This document shows positions 62,315 to 64,000 of a DNA stretch of 64,000 bases, piece by piece. A model generated the notes under the pieces. It saw only the letters and a list, made by a program, of their open reading frames with translations. It was not told the origin of the DNA and ran no database searches. The stretch covers positions 4,704,001-4,768,000 of the forward strand of contig CBDCJV010000002.1 of assembly GCA_965217895.1 (NCBI GenBank), read 5' to 3'. A program made the translations under genes and the position numbers. Positions within the stretch are counted from its first letter, which is position 1; each line of letters opens with the position of its first letter. The stretch is from Waterburya sp. GTDB lineage: Bacteria; Cyanobacteriota; Cyanobacteriia; Cyanobacteriales; Xenococcaceae.

Positions 62315-63526
62315 ATGATCATGCGGACAATCGCCGAAATTAACGACAAAATTAGCCGTGGTCAAGTTGTTGCTTGGACAGTAGAAGAAGTTAAAGCCAA
62401 AGTAGCCAAGCTTGGAGTCAGCAAGGTCTTTAAACAGGTTGATGTTGTCACCACAGGGACATTTGAGCCGATGGAGTCATCTGGAGCAATTATCAACCTG
62501 GGGCATACCGATCCGCCAATCAAGATCCGTCAGTGTTGGCTAGATAATATATCTGCTTATGCTGGCTTCGGGGCAGTAGATCTCTATTTAGGGGCTACGG
62601 CAATGGCTGACTACAACCTGAATGAGACTGATCCTGATTTGCGTGAAGGAGCAGGCTGGGAAAGAGGCGGTGGTCATGTAATTGAGGATTTAATTGCAGG
62701 TAAATCAATTCAGCTAAAGGCGATCGGGCAAAAGACTGATTGCTATCCTCGGGCAGTTTGGGAAAATACAATTACCAAGGATAGTATTAATCAGTTTTAT
62801 CTATTTAATCCCCGCAATCTCTATCAAAACTTTATTGTGGGGGTTAACGGTGGCGATCGCACTTTATATACTTATTTAGGATCGTTACAGCCCAGGTTAG
62901 GTAATGCGGTATATTCTAATCCTGGGGCAATTTCTCCCTTACTAAACGATCCAGATCTAAATTTAGTCGGTATCGGTAGCAAAATCTTTCTGGGGGGTGG
63001 AATTGGCTATATAGCCTGGGAGGGTACGCAACATTTCCCTTTACAAAAGCGACTTGCCAACCGTACTCCCATAGGCCCTGCTGCAACTGTGGCATTAATT
63101 GGCGATGCTAAACAAATGAATGCTAACTGGGTCAGGGGCTGCTATTTTAAAAACTATGGTTCTTCTTTGATGCTAGGAGTAGGAGTAGCATTACCAGTAA
63201 TCAAAGAAGAAGTGATCCAAAACTGCGCTGTAGGGGAGCAAGACGTTGTTGCCCCAGTAATTGATTTCTCTATCCCTCGCCGAGTTCGACCTACCTTTGG
63301 TTTAGTTAGCTATGAGCAACTACAAAAAGGTCATTTGACCATTGAGGGCAAATTAGTTAGAGTTGCCCCTCTGGCTAGCAAATATCGATCGCGCCAGGTA
63401 GCCTTAGAATTAAAGCAGTGGATCGAAACAGGCAAGTTTACCCTAACCGAGCCTGTTGCATCTTTGCCAAGCGATCGTACTCTTGTACCTCAAGACACTA
63501 ATAGATCGATTATCTCCTTGGAATAG
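62315..63526 (+). CDS. Homocysteine biosynthesis protein family (DUF39)
   Basis: MRTIAEINDKI, VDVVTTGTFEPMESSGA, GGGHVIEDL, NPRNLYQN. Confidence 0.85.
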   Translation: MIMRTIAEINDKISRGQVVAWTVEEVKAKVAKLGVSKVFKQVDVVTTGTFEPMESSGAIINLGHTDPPIKIRQCWLDNISAYAGFGAVDLYLGATAMADYNLNETDPDLREGAGWERGGGHVIEDLIAGKSIQLKAIGQKTDCYPRAVWENTITKDSINQFYLFNPRNLYQNFIVGVNGGDRTLYTYLGSLQPRLGNAVYSNPGAISPLLNDPDLNLVGIGSKIFLGGGIGYIAWEGTQHFPLQKRLANRTPIGPAATVALIGDAKQMNANWVRGCYFKNYGSSLMLGVGVALPVIKEEVIQNCAVGEQDVVAPVIDFSIPRRVRPTFGLVSYEQLQKGHLTIEGKLVRVAPLASKYRSRQVALELKQWIETGKFTLTEPVASLPSDRTLVPQDTNRSIISLE

Positions 63527-63612
63527 TAATCTTAATAGAGGAGAAGTGTAAAGTTAATTTATCCTTACTCAATGTGCATTCCCTAAGTACCTACCCTCGA
63601 GTCTTTACAAGT

Positions 63613-63743
63613 TATAGTCATTCCAATTAATTTCCTTATGGTAGTTTTGTATTGATTGTCAGGTTGAATATTATTTGCTACTTGCTATTTGCTACTTGCT
63701 ACTTTCTTCAAAGATAATCTGGTTGCTATTTAAAATGACTATA
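63613..63743. mobile_element. MITE-like element, TATAGTCATT/AATGACTATA termini, (ttgctac)n inside
   Basis: Perfect 10-bp terminal inverted repeat; left end shared with 46053. Confidence 0.7.
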
Positions 63744-63744
63744 A

Positions 63745-64000
63745 TTAGTGCATAACGTTAGTGTCCAAAGAATGTTCGGGGTTCAACTCTTCTAAAATTA
63801 CAAAGCGTATATGATTTAAAGCCAACGCGCCGATTGATACCTTTTCCTTTTCTACTTTCACTCCTTCACTGGTAATCATTTCAAAAGTAGTATCTTTTGC
63901 CATCTCTGCGTGATACCAAGCTAATCCCATAAAAAAGCGGGTGGGATAAGGGCCTCCTTCAAAAAGGTCGTCAGGATTAGATTCCATTGGTAGCCAGCCA
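63745..64000 (-). CDS. C-terminus of a gene running off the window, possibly transglutaminase-like
   Basis: Frame is open to the window edge: GWLPMESNPDD…PYPTRFFMGLAWYH. Confidence 0.55.
   Translation of the reverse strand, partial: GWLPMESNPDDLFEGGPYPTRFFMGLAWYHAEMAKDTTFEMITSEGVKVEKEKVSIGALALNHIRFVILEELNPEHSLDTNVMH

Overview
AT-rich cyanobacterial chromosomal window. HIP1 (GCGATCGC) is frequent and ndhM, petF and a bvdR-like gene are present. Most of the window is housekeeping (carB, valS, pyrD, gcvH/gcvP, aroQ, nadE, ppa, leuA and others), interrupted by two accessory blocks. (1) A ~20.4 kb secondary-lipid/polyketide cluster at 23889-44262. It holds two PUFA-synthase-like iterative type I PKSs, a PqqD/M50-like membrane protein lacking HExxH, a HlyD-type adaptor and a sulfotransferase. 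Divergently transcribed from these are a SyrB2/BarB-type Fe(II)/2-oxoglutarate enzyme with the halogenase H-Q-A signature and an MFS transporter. The best candidate for an undescribed system is therefore a pathway to a chlorinated, sulfated lipid; this is inference. (2) A defence/addiction block at 6.8-11.1 kb. Its DUF5615 PIN toxin and HicA carry nonsense codons and its HaeII-family endonuclease carries a 4-bp duplication, while the antitoxins and the methylase stay intact. The window also contains many MITE-like and nested small repeats (one inserted in frame into an Stf0 sulfotransferase), a HIP1-junction natC remnant and a 47-codon ORF missed by the ORF track. No rRNA, tRNA or CRISPR array was recognised. 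All family assignments come from motif recognition by eye; no database searches were run.
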